DNA of 64,000 nucleotides from Veleropilina oligotropha (Eukaryota): NCBI GenBank assembly GCA_048128005.1, contig JBEUKZ010000100.1, positions 558,001 to 622,000 of the forward strand, read 5' to 3'. Shown piece by piece: positions 42,510 to 53,691 of this stretch (position 1 is its first letter; each line of letters starts with the position of its first letter). The notes under the pieces were generated by a model. It saw only the letters and a program-made list of their open reading frames with translations, ran no database searches and was not told where the DNA came from. The position numbers and the translations under genes were made by a program.

Positions 42510-43406
42510 TACCACCAATGGAGTTGAGAGACGCATGTTCACCGATATTACAAACCATGTACTCTGATTTCTCAGCAAAGAGATCACGTCCGACATTTCC
42601 GTATTCTGTCTCCACTCTGCTGAATTGCCTCTTTGCTTCGTTGATCTGACAACAGGGCTGATAATGAATGGATGTTTAACGACAACGCCAATAGCATTTC
42701 AGTCATAAATCGGTTCATTCAACTTTGAATGATGTAATGAATTGGTGCTGTGTGCAATTGAGGCACCGAACTCTCCTGACAGAGCTATGTCATTGGTAAA
42801 GTCAAGATCAATAAGGGTTACCGAGAATATTCTTCATGACTTCCTTGGTATTACGGTACAACCAAATCGACAGAGTTCTTAATGCGAGTGTCTCGTTGAA
42901 GGACTCCTGTCAGGACCTAGAACTTTGCACTCTCTCCGTCTGGGGTGACAACTTCTGGTAATTCATCTGGATCTGCACGTTTTCCTATGTTGGGGTAGTG
43001 TTTCACATTTTGTAGTTCTGTCTTTGTGAAGGGGTCATTATTAATGCTTGCGCAATGAAAATTTTATATTTGGGTATGTTAGCTCACGTGTTCAATGTTT
43101 GCTGTAAATGCATTCTCTATTGCCCACAAGCGTCAGTTTATTTAATCACTAAAGATTGTTTAAAACAGATTGAAAAATATTGGCTTTGTATTTATCATTA
43201 ATCTAACTTATCTTCCGATATCAGTGGTATGTTACAACGTGACGCATGATATCTCTTTATGGACATGTTTCACTATGTGATAATAATTCAATCAACTCAG
43301 TTCATGTTGTTTCTTATTAGTTCCTGATTTTCAGGATTTGGTATAAAATTCCGCCCAAAGGTTCACTATATTTTTATGTAAGAGTGATATTTCCCGGTTC
43401 TATTAA

Positions 43407-44359
43407 AGATGCAGGATCTACTTCATATCGCTAAAACGTATTTAAATGCTGTTCTATCTTACACTTTCTGCATTGATTTATTGCATACAGTTAGGACGTT
43501 TCAGCGATTACCACACACGGCAAAATTTATTTTCACTTAGTAATAAATATTTGAATTTTTTTTGTTGAATTATGAGCGCGCGCTCATAATTCGAGTCGAT
43601 TGTACACGAGATTTGTACGGAAATGAACGACGGCTTGGCGGAATCAACATGTCACTTAGCTCCGCCCTAAATCACTACCGCGATCTATTTATACCGGTCA
43701 TTTCTAGGTCGTCCTTGTCTGAGTTTTGTTTATATCGATTTCTATGGCGGATGTCGACAAGAGAAATAGAAGCAGGCCGCCGTTATCGACTGTGACTGCT
43801 TCTGATTATAAAATGGATGTATGCGAAAAACTTGAAATAATAAATAACGCGATCAATGAAAATTGGATGTGGCTACTTCAACTTGTAAAGAAACAGTGAA
43901 GCACTGAAACAGTGAATGCCCATGCCATTACAATGTCGCGGTGCGCAATATGCCTAATTAGTTGGTGAAATAAATATGATAATAAATTATGTTAGTATTG
44001 CTGCCATATACTACAATTATGAGAAACTAGCTATATGTTTCAAAGTAATACATCAATTTCAGCGAACCGATAAACACTGACCTAGCTGCGACTCCATTTG
44101 CTTGCTCTGTGATGTCAATCAAATCGACGGGACCACGTGACGTTTGACCCAATTACGATAAATGAGATAAGATGGCTTCGGGGGATTGACGCGCTCGAAT
44201 AAAATACCACGTCGGCTGAAGAGATTAATAAATGCTAGCAACACCTTTTGTTGCATTTTAACTTTTCCTTCGTCCTAAAAACATGTCATGTATGGATACC
44301 ATATCGTATTTATAGTTTTCTTTTATATGAAATATCATACGCATGTAGATTCAGCATCT
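43407..44359 (+). mobile_element. Kolobok-like non-autonomous DNA transposon, copy 3
   Basis: Full-length homologue of 2798-3746; TTAA at 43403-43406 and 44360-44363. Confidence 0.8.
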
Positions 44360-45809
44360 TTAAGGCATGATAGCACTCTAGGAGTGGTAGTGTAAGGGTA
44401 GAAAACTTAATTTAAAGTTTGATACCCTCGTTGAAAAACAGTGCCATAAAAGGGGTACCTCAAAGTATGTTTTGGGGTATAACTCCGTTCATAATCCACT
44501 TATAAGCAAAACATTGTGCCTAGGCATGTAAAATTAGACCACCAAAATATAAATTGCAAATTCTAATTTTTGCGCTGCGACAGCTATCTTGGATTTCAAA
44601 ATGGCCGCCGACTGAATTTGATTTCGAAGCATAAAATGAAATGTGGTTGATAAAGCTGTACCTAACAAACTAATATATGCATGACGTTATTATTGTGTTT
44701 TATTTTAATGAATAGAGATAAATACTCTTTAAAATAGCACTTGAATGAGACTGATATTCAATCTGTGAACTGAAATATAGCCGATTTACCTAATTTACCA
44801 TGGCATGTCAAATATCGAGATATGGAAAGCATCGCAATTTTAGACCATTAAGAGTATTCTTCAGCATTTTATCAGCAATAATTTCATAGGAACTGTTAAA
44901 TTATGTGATAAAACCCATGGTATTTATTTAAAAAGCAAAACAAAATTGCAATTTCTAATTTTAGGATGTGGCGGCCATATTGGATTTCAAAATGGCCGCC
45001 GACTGAATTTGTGTTCGAAACAAAAATGATATATTAGTGGTTCATAAGATGTATATAACAAACTATTACATACATGATGGTGTTATTGTGGTTTATGTTA
45101 GCGAACGGAGATGAATACTTTTTAAAATGGCGTTTGAATGAGACTGAAATTAATCTGGAGTACTGATATATCGGTGATTTACCATATAATATGTCAAATT
45201 TCGAGATATCAATATATTTTTCTCACCATTTGGACTAGACTTCTTCAACAATAAATATAATTTATTAACAGCTGAATGCGACGAAATAATCCAAGATGGT
45301 TGCCAAAGGATAACGTCACATATCTATTAAGTTAGGTGGTACATAATATTTCATAAATTCTTAAACCCACTATGGTCACACTAATTATTTTATCCATTTT
45401 ATATCAGGGCTATTGTAAAAATTATTGGTGCTTTGTAATTGGATATACGTCGATTAAAGGGTTAATATTCAATATGCAGGGGCGTAGGTAAAATATATAT
45501 TATACCGACCCCCACGTGGAAGAAAATTTTGACAATTAACGATATGAAACCCAATGGCCTGCATTCTGAGAGTACAATACATCTTTAGTAACAATATTTA
45601 CACCACAACATTAAATAGAGCATAGTGTAATAAGTTATGAAGAACATATTGTTAATTTTCCCTGTAGACACGTGCCTTGATGCCTATGTATGGATATGCC
45701 ACTGAGTTCTTACAATTGGTAAATGTTTCATATTTGCATATTTGGTTGGGTTGCATAATAATCACGTTTTCGTACGCCACACACATCACATCGATCATAG
45801 GCAAGTTTT

Positions 45810-47430
45810 TCAGTTAAATTCCACTCTCGCATATCATGTCTTCCGAGGTCTACTCCGTCCAGATCTGCCTTCCACAATGAGCTTGTTATACTTATTGATC
45901 AAGTCACTGCTTCTCTGGCTGTGGCAAAACCATCTTAGGCGGTAAGGCAACATCAAGCGTGCAAAATCCGAGGTGTTGTTGATACAACGATGGAGTGCTG
46001 TAGAAACCTTAATTCCACACATCCATCATAGCATAGCTCGCTCATTTCTCTCAAATCGGGACTGATCCTCCTTCTTCAATGGACACCACTCGCTAGCATA
46101 CAGTATAACACTGCGCTGACAAGTACTAAAAACTATCCCCCGCGTGAGAAGGCAGGGGACCGACACATCAAAATTGAGAGTAGCATCCTGAACTTTCCCC
46201 ATGCGGATCTTGGCCGCACCTTAGTGTTACTGTTAGCTTAAGGATGAGGTCCTGCACATATTTGTGTCCCCTACGTAGCAGAACGTGTCCACCATCTCAA
46301 GATCTTCATCACCCACCTCAAGATAATCAAAGGAGCAACATTTGAATGGACGAGCTGTACTCATGTATCTAATGTATCTTAACGAATTATCTTCCTTCAA
46401 CCTATCACCAATGTTACTGCACCACTGGTGTATCCAGTGTTGGCAGCCATGACAGCATATAGAGTCGCTGCCAAAACCGTTCATGCAAACTCCGCAGGAA
46501 AACATTCTTGAATCTTTAGGATGGTTCATTTCAAGTCTTTGTCTTCCCCATATTCACTCCTATTCCTTTTGCTTCCATGTTTTTCTCAAAGCTAGCAGTT
46601 TGGTGGTCAGTTCATCCAGCGATGTAGCTATAATGACAAGGTCATCAGCATAAAGCAGTTCCCAGGGGCAACTTGTACGGAATTCTTCAGATAATGCCTC
46701 CAGAACTATAATGAACAACATGGGGCTAAAGACATATCCCTGTTGGACGCATACCTGCACATTGAGTGAATCACTGTACGATACACACAGATACTCTGCT
46801 TTTTGAATTCCTGTACATTGACTTCGCCACCTTTACAATCCACTCCGCTACACATAGCTAACCCTGTCGAATGCATTCTCCAGGTCAACAAATGCGAGAT
46901 GAAGGTTATCTTTTTGGCGAGGTGTTTTTCCTGCATCTCACACAAGATGAAGATAGATTCTGTTGTCTCACGACCAGACATAAAATCAAATTGCATCTCA
47001 TTGAGACATCATATCACGTAACAGCTTCTCTAAGATCCATTCCAGAGCTTTCATCACCTGACTTAGCAACTTAAAACCACGATAATTTCCCCTTTCTAGA
47101 GCATCGCCTTTATCCTTGAGAACGTAACTTTCATCCCAATCAGCCAATACATTGCTGCTGCAAATGATAGCATTAACTAACTAGGTCACAAGGTTAATGC
47201 AACTGTCACCTGGTGCTTTCGAAATCACGGCGACAATACCCGAGAGGCCAGCAACTTTCTAGACTTCATGTTACTTATTGCTGTAGCAACCATCTCTGTA
47301 GTAAAATGCAAAGGAGGACAAAGCACAGGTTCTGTCACAGAGATATCTTCACGACTCCATTCACAATCAACATTCAGGAGACGCCCATAGTGTTGCTTCT
47401 ATGGTGCCTTCTTCGACTCATCATCAAATG
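45810..47430 (-). pseudogene. RTE-clade LINE ORF2 remnant
   Basis: QFDFMSGRETTESIFIL, VQQGYVFSPMLFIIVLEALSEEFRTSCPWELLYADDLVI, CGVC..GFGSDSICCHGCQHWIH; multiple stops and frameshifts. Confidence 0.85.
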
Positions 47431-47441
47431 ACAAAAACCAT

Positions 47442-47613
47442 TGTAACGAACTCCAAGGACGACGAACACGTGTGGTGAACCGGGAGACTTGTTTAAACAC
47501 TGACTATACATTATCATACGTTAATTACCAAAGGAGCTAATTACGGTGGTACAAGTAACTTGTCAAATGTATAAAAGTGTTATTATAAGGGAGGTAACTC
47601 CGGTCACCTTACA
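47442..47613 (-). repeat. 3' LTR of Gypsy element
   Basis: TGTAA...TTACA termini; polypurine tract GAAAGGGGGTGA immediately 5' on the minus strand (47614-47625). Confidence 0.75.
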
Positions 47614-47831
47614 TCACCCCCTTTCATAGGAGTTCACAATAAATTGTGCGTTAATGTTCATTCATCAAATATATTCACTAGAAGCTTTGCAAATCAATAT
47701 ACTGAAATTGTCTCGGGTTAAATTGCAATTAAGCAGAAATAATATTGAATGTTCATAGTCTCATTATAGATTTGAAATAAAATGATGCTGATGTTTGGGA
47801 AATTTCAAATATTAAAAAAGTTATTGTTCGT

Positions 47832-49927
47832 TCAAACATCTAAACGTTTTGGTTTAATCACGACTCTTCCACTTCTGGCCGTGACTGGAGAAGTTGGATT
47901 CGGAAAATATCGATCTGGTCGTGACGTCACTGGCACTGGAGATTGGTTACTCGCACTTGGTGGAAAAGTCTCTGGAGCGTTGGTTGATGGTTTCGCAACA
48001 AGTTCTTTATTCGCATTCGTCAGGATCGGACTGTTCGATATCACACTTTGCTTAGTTGTGATGGGAGCATTTGGAATAGTACTGATATGCGATCGATTTC
48101 TTATCAGAGTTGTTCCATCCCAAGTAACGACTTTGTACGATCTCAATTGGAGTTTGTCGCTGACGGTTGCTTTCGTGAACCATTTCTTTTCCTTATCAGT
48201 TTTTAGTCGCACATTGTCCCCTGGTGATAATGGGATCAACGGTTGTGTCGAATGACGCTTGTCGTAATGTTTTTGATTCGCTAACTTCGATACGTAATCT
48301 TTTCGAATTACAGTGTTCATATCAGGTTGGCTGATTTTGAGGTTAGCATCGAGTATCGGTAGATTTGTTCGTAGTAATCTGTGCATGCATAGTTGCGATG
48401 GACTTAATCCTGTAGAAGCTACTGTTGTGGTACGATAGCTGAGAAGCGCTAAATGAGGATCGTCGCATTGTAATATGCGCCTCGCAGTTCGTACAGCTAT
48501 TTCAGCTTCACTGTTCGTTTGAGGAAAGTGTGGGCTTGATGTAGTATGGCGTATTCCATACTTTCGCATGCATTCCTTAAATTCACCTGATGTGAATTGA
48601 CGTCCATTGTCCGATACAATATCTTTCACAATACCGTGTCGGGAAAAGCAACTCAATAGCTTTGCAATGACAGTTTTGGTCATGTCGGGTAGATGAAGGA
48701 TTTCGATATATCTCGAATGATAGTCTACGAGCACTAAGTAGTTCTGACCTTTAAACTCGAGTATGTTCGTACCTGCCTTTTCCCAAGGCAGTATCGGCAT
48801 CGGTGACATGGTCACAGGTTCTCGCGTTCGCGTAGGCTTGTTCATTTGACATTGTTCACATTTCGCAATCATAGATTTTATGTCCTTCGTAATGTTTGGC
48901 CACCACACAGTGTTCTCTGCTGTTTGTCGACTCTTGTTGATACCGACGTGACTAGAATGTAATGTCGCAAGCATTATCGTTCGAAGGGAGCAGGGTATAA
49001 CGATTCGATTTTGGAATGTTAATTGTCCGTTCGCTGTTGATAACTGACCTCTGATTGCGGAATAGTCTTTTAGACCAGGGGGCCGTTTCACGTACATGCC
49101 TCAATGTATAATTAAAGTATGTGTAATTGGCTAAATGATATTCAAAGCGGGTGGTGTCCACCATTTTTTCTCCTAAAAATAACCGACTTAGGCTATAGCC
49201 TAAGTCATGTACGTTAAACGGCCCCCAGGGCTTATATCTTTCTGATATTGGGCCATCCGTTGTTTGTATACTACATTGCACGACACAGTTCATTGTTCTT
49301 TTCAGTTTCAGATCGAATATTTTCCATTTTATCGACTTCTAACGATTGTTCGACTGATGATACATGAGCATCGATGTCTTCATGAATATCGCATTCGATT
49401 GTTTCTGGTGGTGAACTTCTGGATATAACATCTGAGACGTGCATATCACTACCGGGACTATGTTCTGCAATGAATTTATAATTGCGTAATCGAATTAGTA
49501 ATCATTAGTATCGCAGCGACACCTCATCAAGGTTTTTAGTGTTCATGAGCGGAACGAGAGATTTGTGATCGGTTATGACTTCGAATGTATCGAGACCTCG
49601 TAGATACTTGTCGAATTTATCGCATGCCCATGTTGTTGCGAGGCACTCGATTTGAGCGTAAGTTTTCTCTTGCGAGCTTAACGTGTGTGATCCGTATGCC
49701 ACTGCTATCCATTCGTTTTCGTGTCTTTGTTGAATGACTGCTCCTAAACCATAGGAGGATGAATCAGCGCTCACTCTTGTTTCGCGATTTGGATCGTAGT
49801 GTGTTAGTATTGAAGCGTGTGACACCATCGACTTTAGTTCATTCAAGGCTCGCTCATGGTTTGGACCCCAGAACCAATGAGTATTATTCTTAAGCAACTC
49901 GTTGAGTGGTTCCGCTAGAGTCAACAT
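47832..49927 (-). pseudogene. Gypsy/Ty3 pol remnant (RNase H and integrase), 5'-truncated
   Basis: RNase H ADSSSYGLGAVI...YAQIE...TDHKSL (49505-49927); integrase zinc finger H..SH...CEQC, VDYHSRY, SDNGRQF, SSPHFPQTNSEAE (47832-49097). Confidence 0.9.
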
Positions 49928-49938
49928 GTATCTGTATC

Positions 49939-50618
49939 TGTTGGTAATGGTTAGATGGCAAATTGCCGGGTCTTATTTTAAAAGACGTCGAGTCCGCAGG
50001 ACGAGCCGACTTTTTAAATAAGACCCGGCAAGATGCCGTCTAACCAACATAGAAGCTCATTTCTTTTATCCTCACTAATTAATTGTTATGGTCAGATTTG
50101 AGAAACCGTTTAATTTATCAAAACATATGTTAATTACTTAATATTTTCCGCTTTTTATCATTATATTTAAAGAAATGCATATAAAAATTAAACCTGTAAC
50201 CCCTATTCCTAATAATTGGTTAGCTATTGCAAACAATAGAGATGACAGAGTGCCGTCTTCGGGAATAAGTGAAGAGAAATACGGCTTTCTCATTGGTCGA
50301 GAAACGAAATGAGCTTCTAATGATTGTTAACCGAACACGGTGCCAAGTCAACGAATCGGACACATTCCTATGGATAAGATCAGTCAGGCGAATGACTTGG
50401 GGCCCATGCTTTTGTGTAGTTTAAACATAAGTTAAAAGTTGCGTCAAAATTTATATACAAAAATGTCTTGGAAGCAACATTGTAGAATGATATTTATTCA
50501 AATCGCACTATTATTTATGAAAGTATGCATTATTTAAAAATGTTCTCCTCGGTTCCTTTTAATAAAATATCAAGAGTTATGGGAAAAATGAGTAAGATAT
50601 TCTTAAAGATTTCCATTC
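49939..50618. mobile_element. Hairpin-bearing (Crypton-like) non-autonomous repeat truncating the Gypsy element
   Basis: ~95-bp imperfect palindrome at 49949-50045, similar in design to the hairpin at 16334-16506. Confidence 0.4.
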
Positions 50619-51153
50619 AGCAGCAGGGGGGGTCAGTAGACTTTTTAGAATGGAAAAATAAGGCTCCCAGCACTATTTCAGAACTGAGCTGGTATTACTG
50701 GGGGGAACTAGGGAGTTAGGGTGGGGTCCGGGGGCCCGGGGGTGGGGGCTCCCAGCCCTATTTCAGACCCGAGGGTAGGGATTGTATTACAAAAGTCACC
50801 GTGTGTACAGCGGCCCACTACCCCAGCCGGGCAGGCGTATGTTTGTATCCGTGTCGAGAACTGTCTAGACTGTCGGCGGACCCTCTGTGATATTCGGGCT
50901 CGATATCTTCGTGTCTATTCTAGAATCATCGCGTCTATTCTAGATCATTCTAGAAGCTGTATTGCCACGTGACAATGAGTCAGCAAGAATACTGTAACCA
51001 CGTAAACAAGGTTACAAAAATCTTTTTTCTGTGCTAAACGGAAGTGTGGTTACAAGAATATTATTTCTGGGTCAAATAGTTTTAACTGAGCCAAATCTTT
51101 TTATATCTGGGTCGACTCGGCGAAGTTCGCAGCTGTCGCATGAAATTTCTGTT

Positions 51154-51425
51154 TGCGATTCGCCTAATAATACACGTGACCATGATGTGAAGGTATCCAT
51201 GGGCACTGTTCGACTAGGCATTCAACGCAAATGCACTGCGAGGTATTTCATTCATAAATCGGACAATGGATCGACCTGAAAAGTATGCGATTCGCCTAAT
51301 ACTACACACGACCAAGGTATCCATGGGCACGTTCGCGACTAGGCATTCAGCGCCAACAATATCTATTGATGCGAGGTATTTCATTCATAAATCGGACAAT
51401 GGGTCGACGACAGTGACCTGAAAAA
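51154..51425 (+). repeat. Two diverged ~130-bp direct repeats in the viral terminal region
   Basis: TGCGATTCGCCTAATA...GGTATCCATGGGCAC...TGCGAGGTATTTCATTCATAAATCGGACAATGG starting at 51154 and 51286. Confidence 0.85.
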
Positions 51426-51444
51426 TATGTTAGGTCACAGCTGT

Positions 51445-51876
51445 TTATATAAAAATGTAATTCCCGCTGGCTAGTGTACAGTTGCAGGGCGAAAGGTGCC
51501 CTATCTGATTCCACGAACCCATGCAGCCCATAGATAACATGGAGAAGTAATGCCCGCGTTTACCACGGCATAAGGACGGCTCAGCGCACTCGATGCAGAC
51601 CACAGTATTTGGGTCGGGGGGAGCCCCCACCCCACACTCATTCTCTCCGATAATAAAGTAGTGGCACGAGGGTGGGGACACCTCAGGGGTGGGGTCTCCC
51701 GGGCGAAGAAGCAAGTTTCTACGCAAGGGGTCAAATCGGGCGTTATACCTGGGATGATTTCGGTACCTAGCCCACGTATGTTCGAGAATTAATGCAGTGT
51801 CGTGTCTCGACGCCTGGGTAGAGACACCCCCTAGCCAGCACACCGCGGCAATGCACAGAAGTAGCATGGATTTCAT
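51445..51876 (-). CDS. Predicted secreted cysteine-rich protein (143 aa)
   Basis: ATG start, signal-peptide-like MKSMLLLCIAAVCWLGGVSTQA, 8 Cys in the C-terminal half, TATTAAA about 30 bp upstream. Confidence 0.6.
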   Translation of the reverse strand: MKSMLLLCIAAVCWLGGVSTQASRHDTALILEHTWARYRNHPRYNARFDPLRRNLLLRPGDPTPEVSPPSCHYFIIGENECGVGAPPDPNTVVCIECAEPSLCRGKRGHYFSMLSMGCMGSWNQIGHLSPCNCTLASGNYIFI

Positions 51877-51961
51877 GGTTGTCCAGATATCACTGTCGAG
51901 TTCTAGCTTTAATACAGGGGAGGGGGAGGGGGGTAGTCGTGGCTACGCTCAACCTGGATAG

Positions 51962-52594
51962 TTAGTCGCCAGCTCCGATTTTTTTCAGCAGCTCTGCACG
52001 ACCCTCTAAACGACCATGCTCAATAAGCTCGCTCTGGGTCTGTGAAATCGCGGTGTGCGCCTTCCTACTCTTATCCCGAATTGATGCCTTCATGGCTTGG
52101 TATTTCTCCATCTCCCCTGTGACCAGTTGGAATTCATCATCAGACATCACCCCGTCCGCTAAGGCCTTTGAGACGTGGTCGGTTATGGTATTCAGCTTGC
52201 TGTCGGCCAGTACTCTGATCTCGTCGTGCTTCTTAGCCTTCACCCCGAGGCGGCGGCTGATATATTTCCCACCCATGCTAGCGAGCCCACACCCCAACGC
52301 CGCTAATTCCAGCACTAGGACAACAGGTGCGGCAACGATCGTGGACAACAGTCCGATGCTGGCGCTACCCATACCAAGGGTGGCGACGACTAGCCCGTTA
52401 TCTATCCCGTCAACGACGTTAACACCTCTGCGGTACTTCTTGTACAATGCAGCTCTTGCGTCTCTCTCTCGCTCTAGCTGTCCCTGGAGCTCATTCACTT
52501 TCTGTAGTCGGAAAGACTGTGCCTCCGGCAGTTCCGAAGGCACATCGCCACCAAGCTGTGGGTACAGCGTTGGCGCTGAGGGCTTGTTGTTCAT
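51962..52594 (-). CDS. Viral membrane protein with coiled coils (210 aa)
   Basis: LYPQL..FRLQKVNE, two hydrophobic helices, KAKKHDEIRVLADSKLNTI; resembles an ORF family I recall from invertebrate Polinton-like elements (unverified). Confidence 0.75.
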   Translation of the reverse strand: MNNKPSAPTLYPQLGGDVPSELPEAQSFRLQKVNELQGQLERERDARAALYKKYRRGVNVVDGIDNGLVVATLGMGSASIGLLSTIVAAPVVLVLELAALGCGLASMGGKYISRRLGVKAKKHDEIRVLADSKLNTITDHVSKALADGVMSDDEFQLVTGEMEKYQAMKASIRDKSRKAHTAISQTQSELIEHGRLEGRAELLKKIGAGD

Positions 52595-52947
52595 TGTTCG
52601 TGGCTGTATTGTTCAGCCTGTGGATTCCCAGTGTCTATTGTAACGTTCAAATACAGAGTGCCAACCCACGGGGCCTTGACGACGAAGGCGAGGGTCAGCC
52701 TGTCCGAATTCAGGCCAAGCGTACTTATGGAACATGCTTTGGGGCCCCCGGCGGGCTGGACCAGCGTCATGTGGATCATTAGGAGGGCTGGGTTCAACCC
52801 AAACCGGCCTCCATTATTGGGAAGAAGGAACTCCCTCTTCGCCAGTCCCTTCTTCTTGGGTGCTTCTCCACAATTAAGAACAAAGTGCCACCGGGTCGGG
52901 GAAGAGGGCTCATCTGCCCGCAGGGTCCCATAGATGCTGCTGCTCAT
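52591..52947 (-). CDS. Hypothetical viral protein (118 aa)
   Basis: ATG overlaps the upstream stop (TAATG) and its stop overlaps the downstream ATG (ATGA). Confidence 0.6.
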   Translation of the reverse strand: MSSSIYGTLRADEPSSPTRWHFVLNCGEAPKKKGLAKREFLLPNNGGRFGLNPALLMIHMTLVQPAGGPKACSISTLGLNSDRLTLAFVVKAPWVGTLYLNVTIDTGNPQAEQYSHEQ

Positions 52948-53687
52948 TATATCGCAAGGACTGCGGTAATGGGCATGCCGTGATTGTCGATCGGGTTACC
53001 ATCTGCGTCTGTGACATATACCTTCAACTCCGTGATCATCCCGGCCTGTAGTCGCCGGCCGGCGGGATAGCTATGATAGTGGCCAGCCTCACCGAATATC
53101 TGTGACGTGATAGGGACCACCGCGAGAATAGTGCTCGGGGCTCCGTCCTTCACATTGTGTGTCGTACTGAGCTGCTCCAGGTGGACGTGCAGGGTCGGCG
53201 CTATGGCAAACCCTACCGGCTTATTCCTGTCATAAGTCCCAGGACGTAGCCACTCGGATCTCTCCGGAGGGGGAGGTGGATGGCCCTGTACTCCGGTGCG
53301 AAGGGGAGGGTTCAGATTCCCCGATTTATCGAGAATGAACGAAGACAGGGGTAAGCCGAGGAGTTTCCGGATATCGTCGCTTATCGCTAGTCGGGTCCCC
53401 TCTGGGACTACGACTCGGGCGAGCCCTGTAGCATGGCTTACATCCAGCTGTATGTTACCTAGCGACCTCTTCATCGTCTTGGCGAGGTCATCGAAGCTGT
53501 AGAAACCTGGCGCCACCTCTACCGTGGTATCGGGGGTCTTAAAGAAGGCTCCGGCATGCACGTTGTGCCAGCCGACCCAATAGTCGAGCGACTGCAAACT
53601 GACACATAGTTTGCCTTCCCGATTATCAATCGGCTCCAGGAGGGCAACCGCGGTCCCCGTTTGAACACTCGTTAATGTGTGAAACAT
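52947..53687 (-). CDS. Minor capsid protein (penton, single jelly-roll)
   Basis: VSLQSLDYWVGWHNV, VAPGFYSFDDL, LHVHLEQL..NVKDG.PSTILAVVP, ITELKVYVTDADGNPIDNHGMPITAVLAI match penton motifs. First ATG is at 53687. Confidence 0.8.
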   Translation of the reverse strand: MFHTLTSVQTGTAVALLEPIDNREGKLCVSLQSLDYWVGWHNVHAGAFFKTPDTTVEVAPGFYSFDDLAKTMKRSLGNIQLDVSHATGLARVVVPEGTRLAISDDIRKLLGLPLSSFILDKSGNLNPPLRTGVQGHPPPPPERSEWLRPGTYDRNKPVGFAIAPTLHVHLEQLSTTHNVKDGAPSTILAVVPITSQIFGEAGHYHSYPAGRRLQAGMITELKVYVTDADGNPIDNHGMPITAVLAI

Positions 53688-53691
53688 AGCT

